From positions 432,106 through 496,105 of the forward strand of contig NMRA01000338.1 in assembly GCA_002633005.1 (NCBI GenBank): a DNA stretch of 64,000 nt. Reading direction: 5' to 3'. This document shows, one piece after another, positions 47,901-60,760 of this stretch. Below the pieces are notes generated by a model. The model did not search any database. It was not told the origin of the DNA and saw only the letters and a list, made by a program, of their open reading frames with translations. Position 1 is the first letter of the stretch. Every line of letters begins with the position of its first letter. Origin of the DNA: Phoronis australis. Its lineage: Eukaryota > Animalia > Phoronida. Position numbers and translations under genes: made by a program.

Positions 47901-50900
47901 ATCTGACTTTATTATTAAGATCTTGTTACTTGTTCTTAAAAAGTTAACTTCATTTTATGGTTTGTGTCCTCATTAAAATTGTTTGTTGTATTGAACTTCC
48001 GTTGTCATTTTGCATTATTTGGCTTGCGCTCCTCTTTTTAAACAATCTACACGTCATTTTCCATGTGTAGCTAAGATGAAATGAGGTAAGGTAATGATCA
48101 GTTATGTACACGTTCAAGACGTATATGAATTTTATTACCTTCGTCGTGTTGATTTTGTTGTTTTTATTTTTGTTAGGTCTACTCAGACAAACTGAATTGT
48201 ATTTTGAAATGTGCATGACAATAAGTTTGATTAATGCAAATGACATTTTGTTTACCTACTGGCACAACATTGTTTAGAGGAAGGGCAGTTTGTTATATTT
48301 TGTCTACATTTTATTGAAGAAGACACGGTTTTGGTTGACAGGTCACTCCTATTAATATGATATTTAATGTAAGCTGTGGTTTCGAAAGGTATGCTTGCAT
48401 GTGCAGCCAAATAGCTTACCATAGCCTTACTCATTCTTCAGTATCATAATTTATGTCAACAATCATGGGATTTTTTGTGAGTTAGGCAGTGCTTCAGTGC
48501 ATGGTCCTGTCCAGTCCTCTATTTCTCTCATTCTTAATTGTTCTATCTGAAACATAGAACAGAGGACACTTAGCAAGCGCATTTTAAAAAGTGCAAAAAT
48601 TGCATAACTTTTCAGTGACTTGTAGTTTTTATCTTACTCTTGAACTTGCCACGTCTATTCAGTACTTGTCTGTGTCTGGTGGTTCTGTCTTCACTGTAAG
48701 CATTATAGGTTGGCCATTTCTTGAGAAACAATGGATATTCAGAGTCAGTGGTACTGTTTTAATTCTGAAACTGATGTAGTCAAACACAGGCTTTTTTGTC
48801 GAAATATTTCTTACTTTTCATAATTAATAAATCTAATTTTGTAAAATGTATAAGTTAAAAACTCGTGAGCCTAGCTTTTTTGTTCATCTGACGTCTTGAG
48901 TCACAGGTGTTTATAAATTTTATGACTTTTATAAACGGATTTGAGTTTTTGTTTCAAGACTACCATAGACTTAACTATTGAATGTTTGCTGTGCGTCATA
49001 CAAAGCCAGTGGACAGATTCTGTAAAACAGTACCACAACAATAACAATGCATGCATTCCAAGTAGGCCTGAATCCAAGACTTTCTTCCTTGATTGTAATA
49101 TGTAGATATTTTCAACTTCAGACAGTAATACCATCCTTGAGGTTATTTTAAAAATGTGTCGTTCATAATGCCTCTTACATACTTCACATCAACTAATGGT
49201 AAAAGCTTTGTTAGTTAATTAACCATAATTTGAAGAGGAATATTTTTCTTTGATATTTTGAATTCAAAATTGAGTCAAAATATTAAATGTTTTTCTCGTT
49301 CATTCTGATGCTGTGCATTGAAAACTGAGAAATGTTAAATATCATTACCTCCATGTTGACTGATTCTGTTGTTTTTTATTTTCTTGCTGTCTCAGTGATA
49401 CTGAAGGTGACCTTGAAGATGGCCCAGAACCTAATGATGACTAGATCAGTTTGTAGATATCACCAAAATTTGATTGCACCTTTTAGTTATAGAATTAAGA
49501 ACTATTCCAGATTGTTTATTGCTTCTAAGGAAATTGATAGTTCACCATTAACTAAAAGTTTGTTGTTCCAAGCCTCACTTAGGGTATCCATTTTAGTGTA
49601 CCTAGTTTCAGCATTGCGTATCTTGGTATTGACGCAAGGCAGTGACACCCACAAGTATTGAATCATGTGTATGAACCACTGAATCATCTATCACTTACAT
49701 GATATGTACGAGACTCACTCCTTGATAATGAATGTTCCTGTAAGAAGTGGTTTGAATGGATGGTCAGATGCTTGTGTTGGAGATTTATGTTAGTGTCCAA
49801 TTTTTATTTTGTGCACGTAATGTTGCAGTTTGTACATGTGATTTGATGTGTGTGCTTGTGTCATACAGTTGACTGTTAGAGTAAGGTGAAAAATAATATT
49901 TTGTTATCAGGGCCCATGACCGCTTAAACTGTTGTTGAGTTGAGTCTCTAGTTTTGTCTTAAAAGTGGCCATTGGCTGAGAAGATGCTTTTGATATTGCA
50001 ATTTATGTTATGTTCAGAGTTAGACCTATGAATCAAATTTTGTTGAAAATTAGCCTACAAATAATGGCTCCTAGGTGATTTAAATTAATTTGTTCCTTTG
50101 AAAATCTCCGATTATTTATACCATATTCTGCTCCTGGCAGTATAGTATTTAGCCAATTGTACCCATGTGTATCAAACTGTTTTACAAATACCATTGAAAG
50201 TAACAACAATATAATCGGATTATTTAACACAGTGCTGGTTATTTTCGGTGTCTGTATACCAGACAGTTAGGTATCACTTATGTTGTGAAGTTAATGTCAC
50301 ACTGCGTGTGTGTGCAGCACATTTCATGCATGTCGTGTATGGTTAATAAGAAAGTACTGCAGGCGTTTATATGGAAGTCAGATTTTGGGTGTATAAAGTT
50401 TGTGTTGAAAATTTTATGTTAATGAATGCCAGAATGAAAATGTTTGGAGTCACAATACAGTGTCAACTTTGAAAATCCTTTTTATTGTGGTGTGAAAACT
50501 TTCTGAAAGGTTCCAATTTTAAAGTGGGAGGCTAGCTGGTATGCTAATATTTACTATAAGTTGTTGTGTTATTTATCAAGAGCATTCCATTAATTACTTA
50601 AGCGGCTGAATTTTCTGTCGCAAAATTATGTTTTATGGTTAGAAGGAAATGACCTGAACTTAGTTAATTTTATCTGTATGTGGTCTTAATGGAAGTATGG
50701 GACAGTTAAAAGTTATTATAAGATAATTAAATTTTTAAATTCTTAAAAGATTCACTTTTTTGGATTGTAGACGTATATTACAAAGTGAATCGTTCTGCCT
50801 TTGTGTGTTAATGAAATAAAGCAATATAGTGTGAAGATGGTATAAGGGCTGTTCCAGCAGAATCTGTGTGGGAGGGGGGGAAGGCAACTGAAATAAAAAT

Positions 50901-53900
50901 TTATGGGTGGTTGCATTTGATTTAAATTCAAAATGGCTGGTGGTCGTACTTCAAAAAAATTAAAATTTACAGGTCGTTGTTGTTTCATTGGGCCATAAAT
51001 GTATGATGGTGGGTAATTTTAGTAAATGTTATAAACAATCTGCACAGAATCAAAAACGGAAACAAAAATGCAACTTGCCAAAAGCTCCGACTTTTTCACT
51101 CCCTCCGATCTCCTCATCGGCATCCCCATAACGCCATTTAACCACAGGTGCTCGAATTTCTCGATGGCTAATAACCATATATAAGAAACATACGTTTTCT
51201 TAGTAATGAATGACGTTAGTGGTTATGGAGGAACAGATAAACTCAAGCGCCTGTGCAGTCAACCACAAGAACAAAAAAAAATTATGGGTGGTTGCATTTC
51301 AAACTTATAAAAAATTACGGGTGGTAGGCTGAAGAAATAAATGAAAATTATGGGTGGTGGGTGCGAAAAAAAGGTGCCTTCCCCCCTCCCATACAGATTT
51401 TACTGGAACAGCCCTAAGTCATTACAGTTTAAAATTAAAAGATTCTAATTAACGTCATTGCTTTCTACTTTTAAGCACTTACTATGCATGTCAAACAATT
51501 TTGTTTATATAACCTTTGACTCACTGAAGGGTTTTGGATTAGGTAAGTCTAACTGCATGCAGTTCTTTTAAGCCAGTCATTTTGATTCTTGATCATGGCA
51601 AATGTTAACATGTGTCTTTTTGTTGGGATCTCATTTAAAATTAATGAATATAAATTTGTTTTTCTTGTTTTTTAGAGTGTCTGTGGAAAAGTTTTGTCTT
51701 ACTCCGCTGTTGGGGTTTTTTCCCCAAGCTGGTCAAATTAATTGTAGTTTTTGTGCCTTTGTGTATCAACCCTCTCGTTTAGTGTTGTCATTGTGAGAAT
51801 GAAGATTCTAGTTATTTGTCAACACTGACTAGTGTCAAACGTTACTAAAAGGTTAACAAACAATATATCAATAATTGGTACACTATGTGCATCGATTTCC
51901 AACTGTGTTCATGGTTAAACATTTATTGTAGAAAAACTGAGAAAACAACGAGAGGCTGAGGAGCGACGTAAAGCCAGATTGGAAGATGAGCGAAAACGTA
52001 AAGCTGAAGAGGCAAAACTCAGAGAAGAAGAGTTACGAAGAAGGGATGAAGAGCTGCGTCTCAAGGAAGAAGTAATGTTGATTTTATGATCTGTCTTCAT
52101 TGGGAACATGGCAGTCACACCATGTATTTCCCATTTAACAGGGTTCACATTTATCCAAAACAGCTGTTTTATTAGAGTTGCCATTAGCCAGCCAGCTAGC
52201 TGTGTATGACTCAATGTCAAAACACAGCTAGGATTTTATGTAGGTAAAGAGTTGGCAATTTAACCAAACCTTGCTTTTTCAATTTGCTCAAACTCATTTT
52301 GTGGTCTTCTTGCAACAAAACTCATCAAAATGTAGCATGCCCAGTAGTACGTAAGTTTTGAAACTGCGACATTTAAACAACACCTAACTTGGTTCACTTA
52401 TGAACGTTTGAAAGTAACGCATTCTGATGAATGCCGTTTACTTACGTCACTGTCTGGCTTTTGTAACATAGAGAAATCTTTTGTTGTTTTCAAAACATGA
52501 TGCTCGTGACATGCACAGGTGCCATTTTGCTGGATTTTTTGCATGTGTAAAATCTTATGACATCTTATGGAAGATGGTAACAATTTTGCCAAAACAAAAT
52601 TTTGGACAGAATTTCGGTTTGCTGGTAATTGAGTACTCAAAGCTATATGCAACTATTTCTGGCCATTTGTTGTTAAGTGTGTGCGAACTTGTGGAGAAGA
52701 TCTCAGTGGATTGAAAAATTGGCAAAATCAGAAATTGGCCTACAGGTCGCGTTCATGCTCACTTCACAAGTTCAAGTATAGAATACCCACAAAGAGTGTA
52801 GCTTTTAATGATATTCACTTCCTGTCAGATTTATTTCTGTCACTTTGTATCCAGATCAATACAAAGCTGTATGAATATGTACCTTTGCACCTAGACTAAG
52901 GTGTCTGGAAGATTATTCTGCGTGCACAAGTCTGTATCTGTATACTAGATATCTTCGTATTTATGAATTGCTTCTTAATCTTACATCAGGAGGAATTGAG
53001 GAAGAAGAAGGAAGAAGAGGAGCGGAAGAAGCGGGAAGAAGATGAAGAAGCTTTGAAGAAGAAGTTGGAAGAAGAAGAGGAGGAGAAGAAGCGCAAGAGA
53101 CTGGAAGAGAAAGAACGAGAGGAACAAGAACAAAGAGAACAGGAGGTGAGGGAGGAAGGGAAGAGATATTTACCATTTATTCAGAAGAATGTTAAGGAAC
53201 AAGTGTTTAATTAAGCATAGGTGTTGAGTTGGTTTTAGAGAGAGAGAGAGAGCTGGTGGGATTTATTTTATCAGCTGTTGTCAGAGACTACAATGAACAG
53301 ATCAGTAATGTGTTGAAGTGGTCTTGTGGTGGCAAGTGTCAGTAATGTTAACTTTGTATGAATACAGCTTAGTGTTGAAATCACGCCATGTTTCAACATT
53401 TACCATTGTCAAGCTATAATTCATGAATGACAAGCCTTGACTTTTATACCCAACTCCTAGCCTTGTCTTTCATGATGCCAATAAAACCAATTTGTTGAAC
53501 TTGATTACAGGAATTGGAAGAGAAGATAAGGAGGGAAGCAGAGGAGCGTAAACAGAGAGAGCTGGAGGAGGCCAAGGGTGCTGAACAGTTGGCTAAAGTA
53601 AGCAGACTGTCTTACCTTCAGTGACATTGTCTCACTTTTTGGGGTTGTTAGACTGTCACTTCCTAGTTTTGACCAATGCGCTCAAACGTTGAGAAACTTT
53701 AAACAATTTTTCAGTCATGCCATAGTTTTCCAAAACTTGACATTCTATAAATAAATTGCAATCATGTGTTAGAGTACGAACATAGATTTTATTGTGGCAA
53801 ACACACAGATGCTTACAGTGGTACAGAAGAAGTGAATGCGTTTCTTTGACACTGTTTCATTCCTTCATAACTTGCTTTCAAATAAGAATAAAAGAACTGG

Positions 53901-56900
53901 TTTTTCTTTAAAAACTTTAAAAAACTAACAGTTTTTTAAAATACTTTTTGTGGTAAGTTTTCTTAATGAATATGTTAATAGAAAGGGAGGGTGGTCGAGA
54001 TGATTTAGATTTTACAAAGTTGCCACAAAAAGCAGCATGAATTTTTTAGTTGTTGAACGTGCGTATTTGTTGTAGTAGTCTAAACATATGAGTGCATTCT
54101 AATAACAGGAAGCTGAGGAAAAGGAAAAGGAGGCTGGTGAAGAGTTGCTGCGAGCCCAGAAGGCATTGAAGGATGCCCAGGATGCCAAGAGTAAGAAAGA
54201 AGCAGAAGAGCTGGAGAGGATAGCAAAGGAGAAGGCTAGAGGTGTGTATGTTGTGTAGTGTGGGCGACACTATCAGGAAAAGGCCGTGACATTTTGTTAT
54301 GTATCATTTTAGTTGATCTCAAGTATTCCTCAAACAGCTAGCATGTTTGAAGAAAAGATGACAATTAAGAAATATATTCAATTGCCTATTACAGACGAGT
54401 ATAACTCTTTAATTCAAAACTTCAATCATATTGTTGATTGCTTTACCTGTTTATAGCAAATAATGAAAAGAAAGTCCGAGCCAAATTGAAGGTTGCCATC
54501 AAGTCACGTGACAAGGGTAAGCTGGAGAAGGGTATCAAATCATTCAAAGACGCCAAACTTAAGGACAACGACATGGACCTGGCAACAGCTGAGAAGATCC
54601 TGAAACAAGTGAACGCCAGAGACGGTATGGGTTTAACGCCTTGCTCTAATTCTCAGCATTATTAAGCGTGCTTGGGTTAAAATGTTGATGCATATTTATT
54701 TGCCTGAGTAGTACACATTGCAGGAGCACAAAGCTTGTCATTCACGTTTTATTTTTAATGCAAACTCGGTCAAAGCTTTCATTTGGATTGCTTGAAGCTT
54801 CAGTCAATATTGGCAATCAAAACTCTGACCCCTTCAAGTTCTAAAGCACTGCTAACCACAGCACCCATAGGTGGCACTGCAAACTGGTTTCTACTGAATA
54901 TTTCTTGATCAAGGCTTGGAATTTTCCACGGAAACGCGGATTTCCGCTTTTTTATGCGCCCACATATTTATATGTGGACGCATTATGCCGTCATCTCTGT
55001 CCGTCCGTCCGTCCGTCCGGGCGGCGTCCGTCCGGCGTCTGGCGTCCGCTGCTCTATCTCCAAAACCCTTTGACATATGTTCATGAAATTTGGCACATAT
55101 GTTCCATTCATGAATAAGACGGCATGTGCGAACTTTCGGACGGATCCGACTACCGGTGTGCCCCCTAGTGGCAATTTTAGTTTTTTACGCTTACCTTTGT
55201 ATCTTCAAAAGTCCTGAACGGATTTTCATGAAATTTGGTATGTAGGCACCTGTATTTTTGCGTCCACCCCTCTATCAACCAAACCGCTCAAAGGATGATT
55301 GTGAAAATTGGCGTGTATGTGCTTACTATAAGGAAGACAGCTGACAATGATTTTCAGACGATTTGGACTACTGTGGCGCCTCCTAGTGGCAGTTTTGTTT
55401 TTTTGCGCCCATGGCTGTATCTCCCAAACCGTTTGCAGGATCTTTACTAAATTTAGCAAGTGTATTTATGTGATGTTGACAACGGACGATGACGACTTTA
55501 GGATGATTCTGATTACCGGTATGCCTCTAGTGGCAATTTTAGTATTTGCCTCTAGTGGCAATTTTAGTATTTTACATTGACCTCTGTATTTTCATAGGTC
55601 TTCAGGTGTATACTTTGTGTTACTTCGTGACTGTGAAGGAAAAGTTCCAAGTAGAAATTTGTTTCTGGCATTCTAATGCTGTGCTAATCTCGTATGTTGG
55701 TAAATTTGTTTTTAATTCTATGTTTCTGTGGTGCTTTAAGCAACTGGTGTATAGGATGTGCTTGTATTATGAAGATTACTCACATTTTGCCCCTAGCCTA
55801 TTGAGGAGACAATGACCATGCCTTTCCATTTTGCAAAGTATGCCCTCTACTGGCCACTTTATGGTACCAATAAACAACCCTAGAAGGATACCGTATGCGG
55901 TGCAATTGTGGGCGCATTTCAACGCTCCGCGTTGCTCTTGTTTAAATGTTCTGTCCACATATTATTATATTTCTGCGTAAAAAAAATCAGATTTGATATA
56001 AAATTTCCGCTGCAAAGTCCTTTCTTACCGCGGCGTTGCCGAGAACTTTCACCTCAAAAAGCGGAAGTTGCTTTTTATGTTTCGGAGGAACGTAAATTGT
56101 CAACATTGCCGGAGCATCTGGCGACTCGTGTGATTGTAAACCGCGGTGACAAATACTAAGACTCTGCAGCCAAAAATGCGTGGTGTTGGGAGTGAGCGGA
56201 CGAGCTAAAAAGACGCAGACGCACGCTTCTGGAGACGGTACCGTTTTTTTTTTATAGTCCTCCCGATTTTGGTTTGCAAAAGGTCTCGAGGCTGGGGAGC
56301 GTGCTTCGGGCCGTAAAAGTTTCCGCGTTTTCTGTCATCGGTCATTCCAAGCCCTGCTTGATATATGTTATCGCCATCCAATTTATCTCTGTATAAACTT
56401 ATCATTAGTTTATCAACAACTTAGTAAACACTATATTTTGTGTTCTTGACTTGCACAGTTGTTTCTAATTTAAATGTACAAACTACTTCTCCCATCTACA
56501 TCCAGGCTTAAAGGGTGCAATGAGCAAGCGAGAGATTGAAGCCATTGAAAAGGCCATGACATTTGTCAAGAAGAATGGCTTTGAGAAGGATCTGGCCCCA
56601 GAGATGTTGGAGGCAAATAAGCTGCTGATCAACCTGCGACGACTGGAGCGCATCAGGGCCGAGATCCTAGAACTGAAACAGTCGACTGTGGCAGAGATCA
56701 GGAGCTACTCGACCCCGCCCATAGCTGTCCATCATGTGATGACTGCCACTTTCTTGGTGTTAGGCCATCCAGAAAAGGAGACAAAGGTCAGGAAATGAAT
56801 TGATTGATCTTGCACAGAAATAATTTTGATAACTTCTGATTGGAAAGATTATGTTGTATTTCTGGGATTCTTTTCGAATCTCTAAATACACTATACACCA

Positions 56901-58573
56901 AAACATAAACGGGTAAAATAAAACCATCATAGTAGCTGAGTGCATGCAGAGTTTGTGTCATGGCGGTAATTCATCACCTCCTGAAATGATGGGAAGGCTG
57001 AACAAAGCGAGAAGTGCTGTGTGACCTGAAGGAACAGAGACCGAATTAACTGTTATGGCTCGTCATTTTTGCTGTGAATTGAATTTGCTGTCATTATTGG
57101 AAATGGTATTTTGTCTAGTTACTTGTGGCATGTGCTCTATGATAGTATATTTCTTTGCTGATTCTGTTCATTCTAGAAGAAATATTTTGTACTATTCCAT
57201 GCATGCCAAAAGTAATCGGACATGATGATGGATGAGCCTAAGTTGAATTCCTGTCATGACATTTGAGTGTAAGCAGAATTGACTGTCATAGGCAGCCGGA
57301 AGCCATGACCAGGAATTTACCAGAAAGTTAGTTTAATGGCAAGGCTATTTCTACAGTTAGGATCTAATCAAGATACAAACCTGGTGATATGTAATAAAGG
57401 CGCAGCTCGTACCGCACATGCCTGCCTAATTAGGTCACCCTTTGCTACATCACTATGCATGAGAGCTGTGTTTTCGTCAAAATTGCATCACAGTGGCTAT
57501 ACATTTAAGATAGTCAGTTGCATTAGAAGATTGACGGAGGCATTCTTCTTGTCGCTGGGCAAACAGTGGTTCTTTCAATGTATTGCAAATACGTAAGCAA
57601 TTATTTGTCATGATTATTTTGAGACTGAGTTTGATGTACGCAGACATTGGTCTTCATAGGGCAATGAAATCTGGATTTAACACCACATCCGTGCATGTTA
57701 TCAAAACGAGATTTTGACCAATCGGAAGATGGTAAAACTTTCACTCTTTCACCATCACATTAGGAAGCCTAGAACACGGACAATACTGTGCTCTGTACTA
57801 TGATAATGAAGTTGTTGACATGATGCCGCTTATTATGTTCTACATGACTGTACACTGAAATTATGCCTACACTGTGCACCTATATACTGAAGATTGCAAG
57901 AATAGGTTACAGGCAGAATGGCTAGTCATAACTGGTCCTTTCCCGCCGTTCTTAGTGGGAAAAGTCTTTAGGCAGGATTAACGGTCACGACGTAAACAGT
58001 ATTTTATCTGACATGTGGTTTCTTTTGCAGTGTGCTCTACTTACCACAGTGTCTAATATAATGCATTATAGTTTAGTTTTGTTGGCACTGTTGAGTGAAC
58101 AAAAAGCACGAAAATAATTGTATAATTACATGAACACTAAAAGCATTTTTCTTGCTATAGGTTTGGAAGACAGTTCAGGCCCTGGTAGGCAAGACGGGCA
58201 AGGATGGTCTGAAGAGACGGTGTCTAGAGCTTAATCCTGATAAGTTGGATTTGAAGCAAGCATCAAGGGCAAAAGAACTGCTGAATAAATACGAGTTGGA
58301 TGAGATACGTGACGTGTCTGCTGGAGCGGCAACCTTCTATTGCTGGGTAAGGGAATTTGTCTCCATGTACCGTTTGTGTGTCAGTTAGTTAAAAAACTTT
58401 AAACATATTTCAAATGATCATCTTTCAATATGACTCCATTTATTTTTGAAATTAAACACCTTTAAGTTTACATTTTATTTTAGGCCACAAGCATGATTGA
58501 AGAAAAAGAAGCCAGAATGGAGGCTAAGCAAAGAGAAGAGGAAGAGAAGAAACAATCTGCAGCCGCTAACTAG
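41922..58573 (+). CDS. EF-hand + ER/K single-alpha-helix + dynein-like microtubule-binding domain protein (~584 aa)
   Basis: Exons: 41922-41936 (tentative, MSGFK|gtcagt; otherwise start at Met 42599), 42596-42742, 43489-43658, 45494-45675, 51932-52071, 52990-53145, 53511-53597, 54109-54241, 54457-54624, 56506-56786, 58161-58346, 58484-58573 (TAG). All GT-AG with continuous frame. EF-like loops DKDERGELSPIQ and DREHNDTISEEQ; C-terminal EIRSYSTPP..V..VM.A....LG...W...VSAGAATFYCWA. Confidence 0.88.
44924..45429. mobile_element. hAT-like MITE, TIR CAGGGCTTGGAAT, 6-bp TSD (AAAAAT)
   Basis: CAGGGCTTGGAAT...ATTCCAAGCCCTG; AAAAAT on both flanks; second copy at 54910-56356. Confidence 0.85.
50846..51414. 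mobile_element. PIF/Harbinger (Tourist-like) MITE, 40-bp TIR, TAA TSD
   Basis: TIR GGGCTGTTCCAG(C/T)A(G/A)AATCTGT(G/A)TGGGAGGGGGGAAGGCA (3 mismatches); TAA on both sides; internal repeats of aattatgggtggt. Confidence 0.9.
54910..56356. mobile_element. Second copy of the hAT-like MITE (6-bp TSD CTTGAT), interrupted by a Helentron
   Basis: CAAGGCTTGGAAT...ATTCCAAGCCCTG; CTTGAT on both flanks; sequence either side of the insert is collinear with 44924-45429. Confidence 0.88.
54948..55943 (+). mobile_element. Non-autonomous Helentron/HINE nested in the MITE
   Basis: Inserted in a T-run; 5' subTIR ATGCGCCCACA within a stem-loop, (GTCC)n microsatellite, internal repeats, 3' subTIR TGTGGGCGCAT, 3' hairpin CAACGC-TCC-GCGTTG, then CTCTTGTTT. 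Confidence 0.88.
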
Positions 58574-58770
58574 CATTAGGTGTTATTTGTTAATATTCAG
58601 AAAACTTAAATCGGAATGTATGTGTCATGGTTTTAAGTGCGGTGGTACTATTTCTGGTCTTATGGAAGAGAAGAAACAATCAGTAGCCGCTAACTAGAAT
58701 TAGTTTTGTTATTTGTTAATATCGGATATTAAACTTAAATAATGAAATGTATGTGTCATGGTTTTAAGTG
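58540..58770 (+). repeat. Tandem duplication of the stop-codon region/proximal 3'UTR
   Basis: gaagagaagaaacaatc..agccgctaactag...atgtatgtgtcatggttttaagtgc occurs twice, about 124 bp apart. Confidence 0.85.
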
Positions 58771-60153
58771 CACTGGGATTATTTTACTATAACTTTTCTA
58801 GTCCCATGCTTGTATGAAACTCAGTTAAAATATACTTATAAGCAGTTACGATGATATTCTGTTCTTGCAATACTGTGAACTCACTGAGTCATCCTTTGTT
58901 TCAAGCCACTTCTTTTCGTGAAATCAATAAATGCGGCAATTTGGCCTGTCAATATCCACTTGTAAAACTGCTTATCGTGTTGGCATCGGTTTCAACATTC
59001 AGTTGGACTTGTTAGATAACCTGTGACTGAATTGGAGAGGTCACATTTTGGATGCCTGGGTAAACCTTTGGTTTTCTGAAATATTTTTGTCTGTTAAATG
59101 ATATTCTTTGTAGCAATGACAATGAAGTGATAGCATAACGAAGAATTGTTTGGCCAATTTTGTTGTATTGTAACGGTTTTAATTTGTTTTTCTCGGACAG
59201 ACCAACTGGAGGAAATGTTTAAGTGTTGTGTAAACATGAATTTAGCTTCATTTGAAGTCGTAGTGCATAAAAATAATTGACGTCTCAAAATTGCCATTTT
59301 CCATTATTCAAAAGCTGATTAATTTACGACAATTAATGGAAAAAGTTGTTTTATTACATCTACACAGTACAAAAGCATAGTAATAAACTATAATTTTCTT
59401 AATCTTTAATTATTTTTGTGGAGAAATTTAATGAATTAAGAAATATTTCCTTTGTCGGCCAAATTGTGTGCTAAATAAGCGAAGGATTACCTATTAATTA
59501 AGTCATGGGACTTTGATGTAATGTCAAAATATTATTGTCTTTCTTTTTCTTGTTCTAATTATCACCATGTGTCTTAATTATGAAGAAATTAATTTCTTAT
59601 CTAAACAATGATCCTTGTTATTTTAGTGTTTTCATTTGCAGATATTAGGAATATTAATCGGTGTGATTAATATATTAGTGGCTGGCCACTGTAATACTGT
59701 TTACTTTAATAAATAGTCTTTTTATTTGACATGTTTGTTTTTTATACAATGCTTTGTGTGTGCCATGTAAGGGTGGGACTGTCTACCATTTCCTTATTGA
59801 GAACGAGAAGACAATTTCATTTTTGTTCAAAACATATCACATACACTGTAAAAGGTTCTTTTCATCAAGTTGAACATGCTCCCCTATGCTGTCTGCTTAG
59901 AAGAAGTACCTCCAGGTGCAGCCAGGTGGCGATGAAGTCAAAGCGGCCCCCATTGCTTCCTAAAAGAATCCGATTAATTTTACCACACATGAATTCTTGG
60001 CTTCTAAAGAAGTCCCGCTTCATTAACTAGTAATAGTGTATATGTTTTAAAGCAATCTCTTGAAAACGGACTAGTAAAAATTTCAGTTAAAACTATGACC
60101 CTCGTACATTAGTTTTGAGGTTGTGTAGTACTGTCATGCTACAGGTGGCACTC

Positions 60154-60182
60154 TGTGTGTGTGTGTGTGTCTGTGTGTGTGT
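60154..60182. repeat. (TG)n microsatellite
   Basis: Direct reading. Confidence 0.9.
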
Positions 60183-60387
60183 TTGTTTTGTTCATAACTC
60201 ATACACTGTGTGATATGGTGATATGTACTTTTATTTTCTTAGTTTAGCTCTTTAATATGGAATTGTCGATTACTAGCTTCATGCCACGCTCTATCCAGTC
60301 ATAAGAGCGCCTGGTAGGTCAAATGTCGCAAAGCTTGGACACTGGTAACTGAAAGCGCTCGGAGGATTGACACTTCACGGCAATGGA

Positions 60388-60458
60388 GATGACGACGACG
60401 ACGAGGATGCTGATGATGATGATGATGATAAAGGCGGCGATGATGACCATGATGATAG
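60388..60458. repeat. Imperfect (GAC/GAT)n trinucleotide repeat
   Basis: gatgacgacgacgacgaggatgctgatgatgat... Confidence 0.85.
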
Positions 60459-60464
60459 CAGTCG

Positions 60465-60760
60465 CAGTGGCGGATCTAGGATATCATAAGGGCGACCCCG
60501 GCAACATTTTGGTCTCGGGCAACAGCACAAAGTACGCTTGCATGGGCACCCACCCAAAATTCTAGCAGTGCCTTGAACGTAAACCTCATACTAAAGAAGG
60601 AACGGAGGACTAAAAAAAAAAAACGGAAAATGATTGCGCCTACGGTGTCGATCGAACACTTGCATGCGGGTCTTGCCCCCTCCCCCCTATACACACACAC
60701 AAACACAAACTAAATCTGCACACATTTTTAAATCTTGTTTCACCCGCATGTTAATTACAT
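60465..60760. mobile_element. Truncated relative of the 38756-39742 MITE
   Basis: Shares GGCGGATCTAGGATATCA 5' end and the ctgcacacattt..aaatctt..ttaattac segment; right TIR not seen. Confidence 0.6.

Noticed and set aside
60375-60565. ORFs with poly-Met/Thr or poly-Ser
   Set aside because: Translations of the (GAT/GAC)n microsatellite and adjacent MITE.
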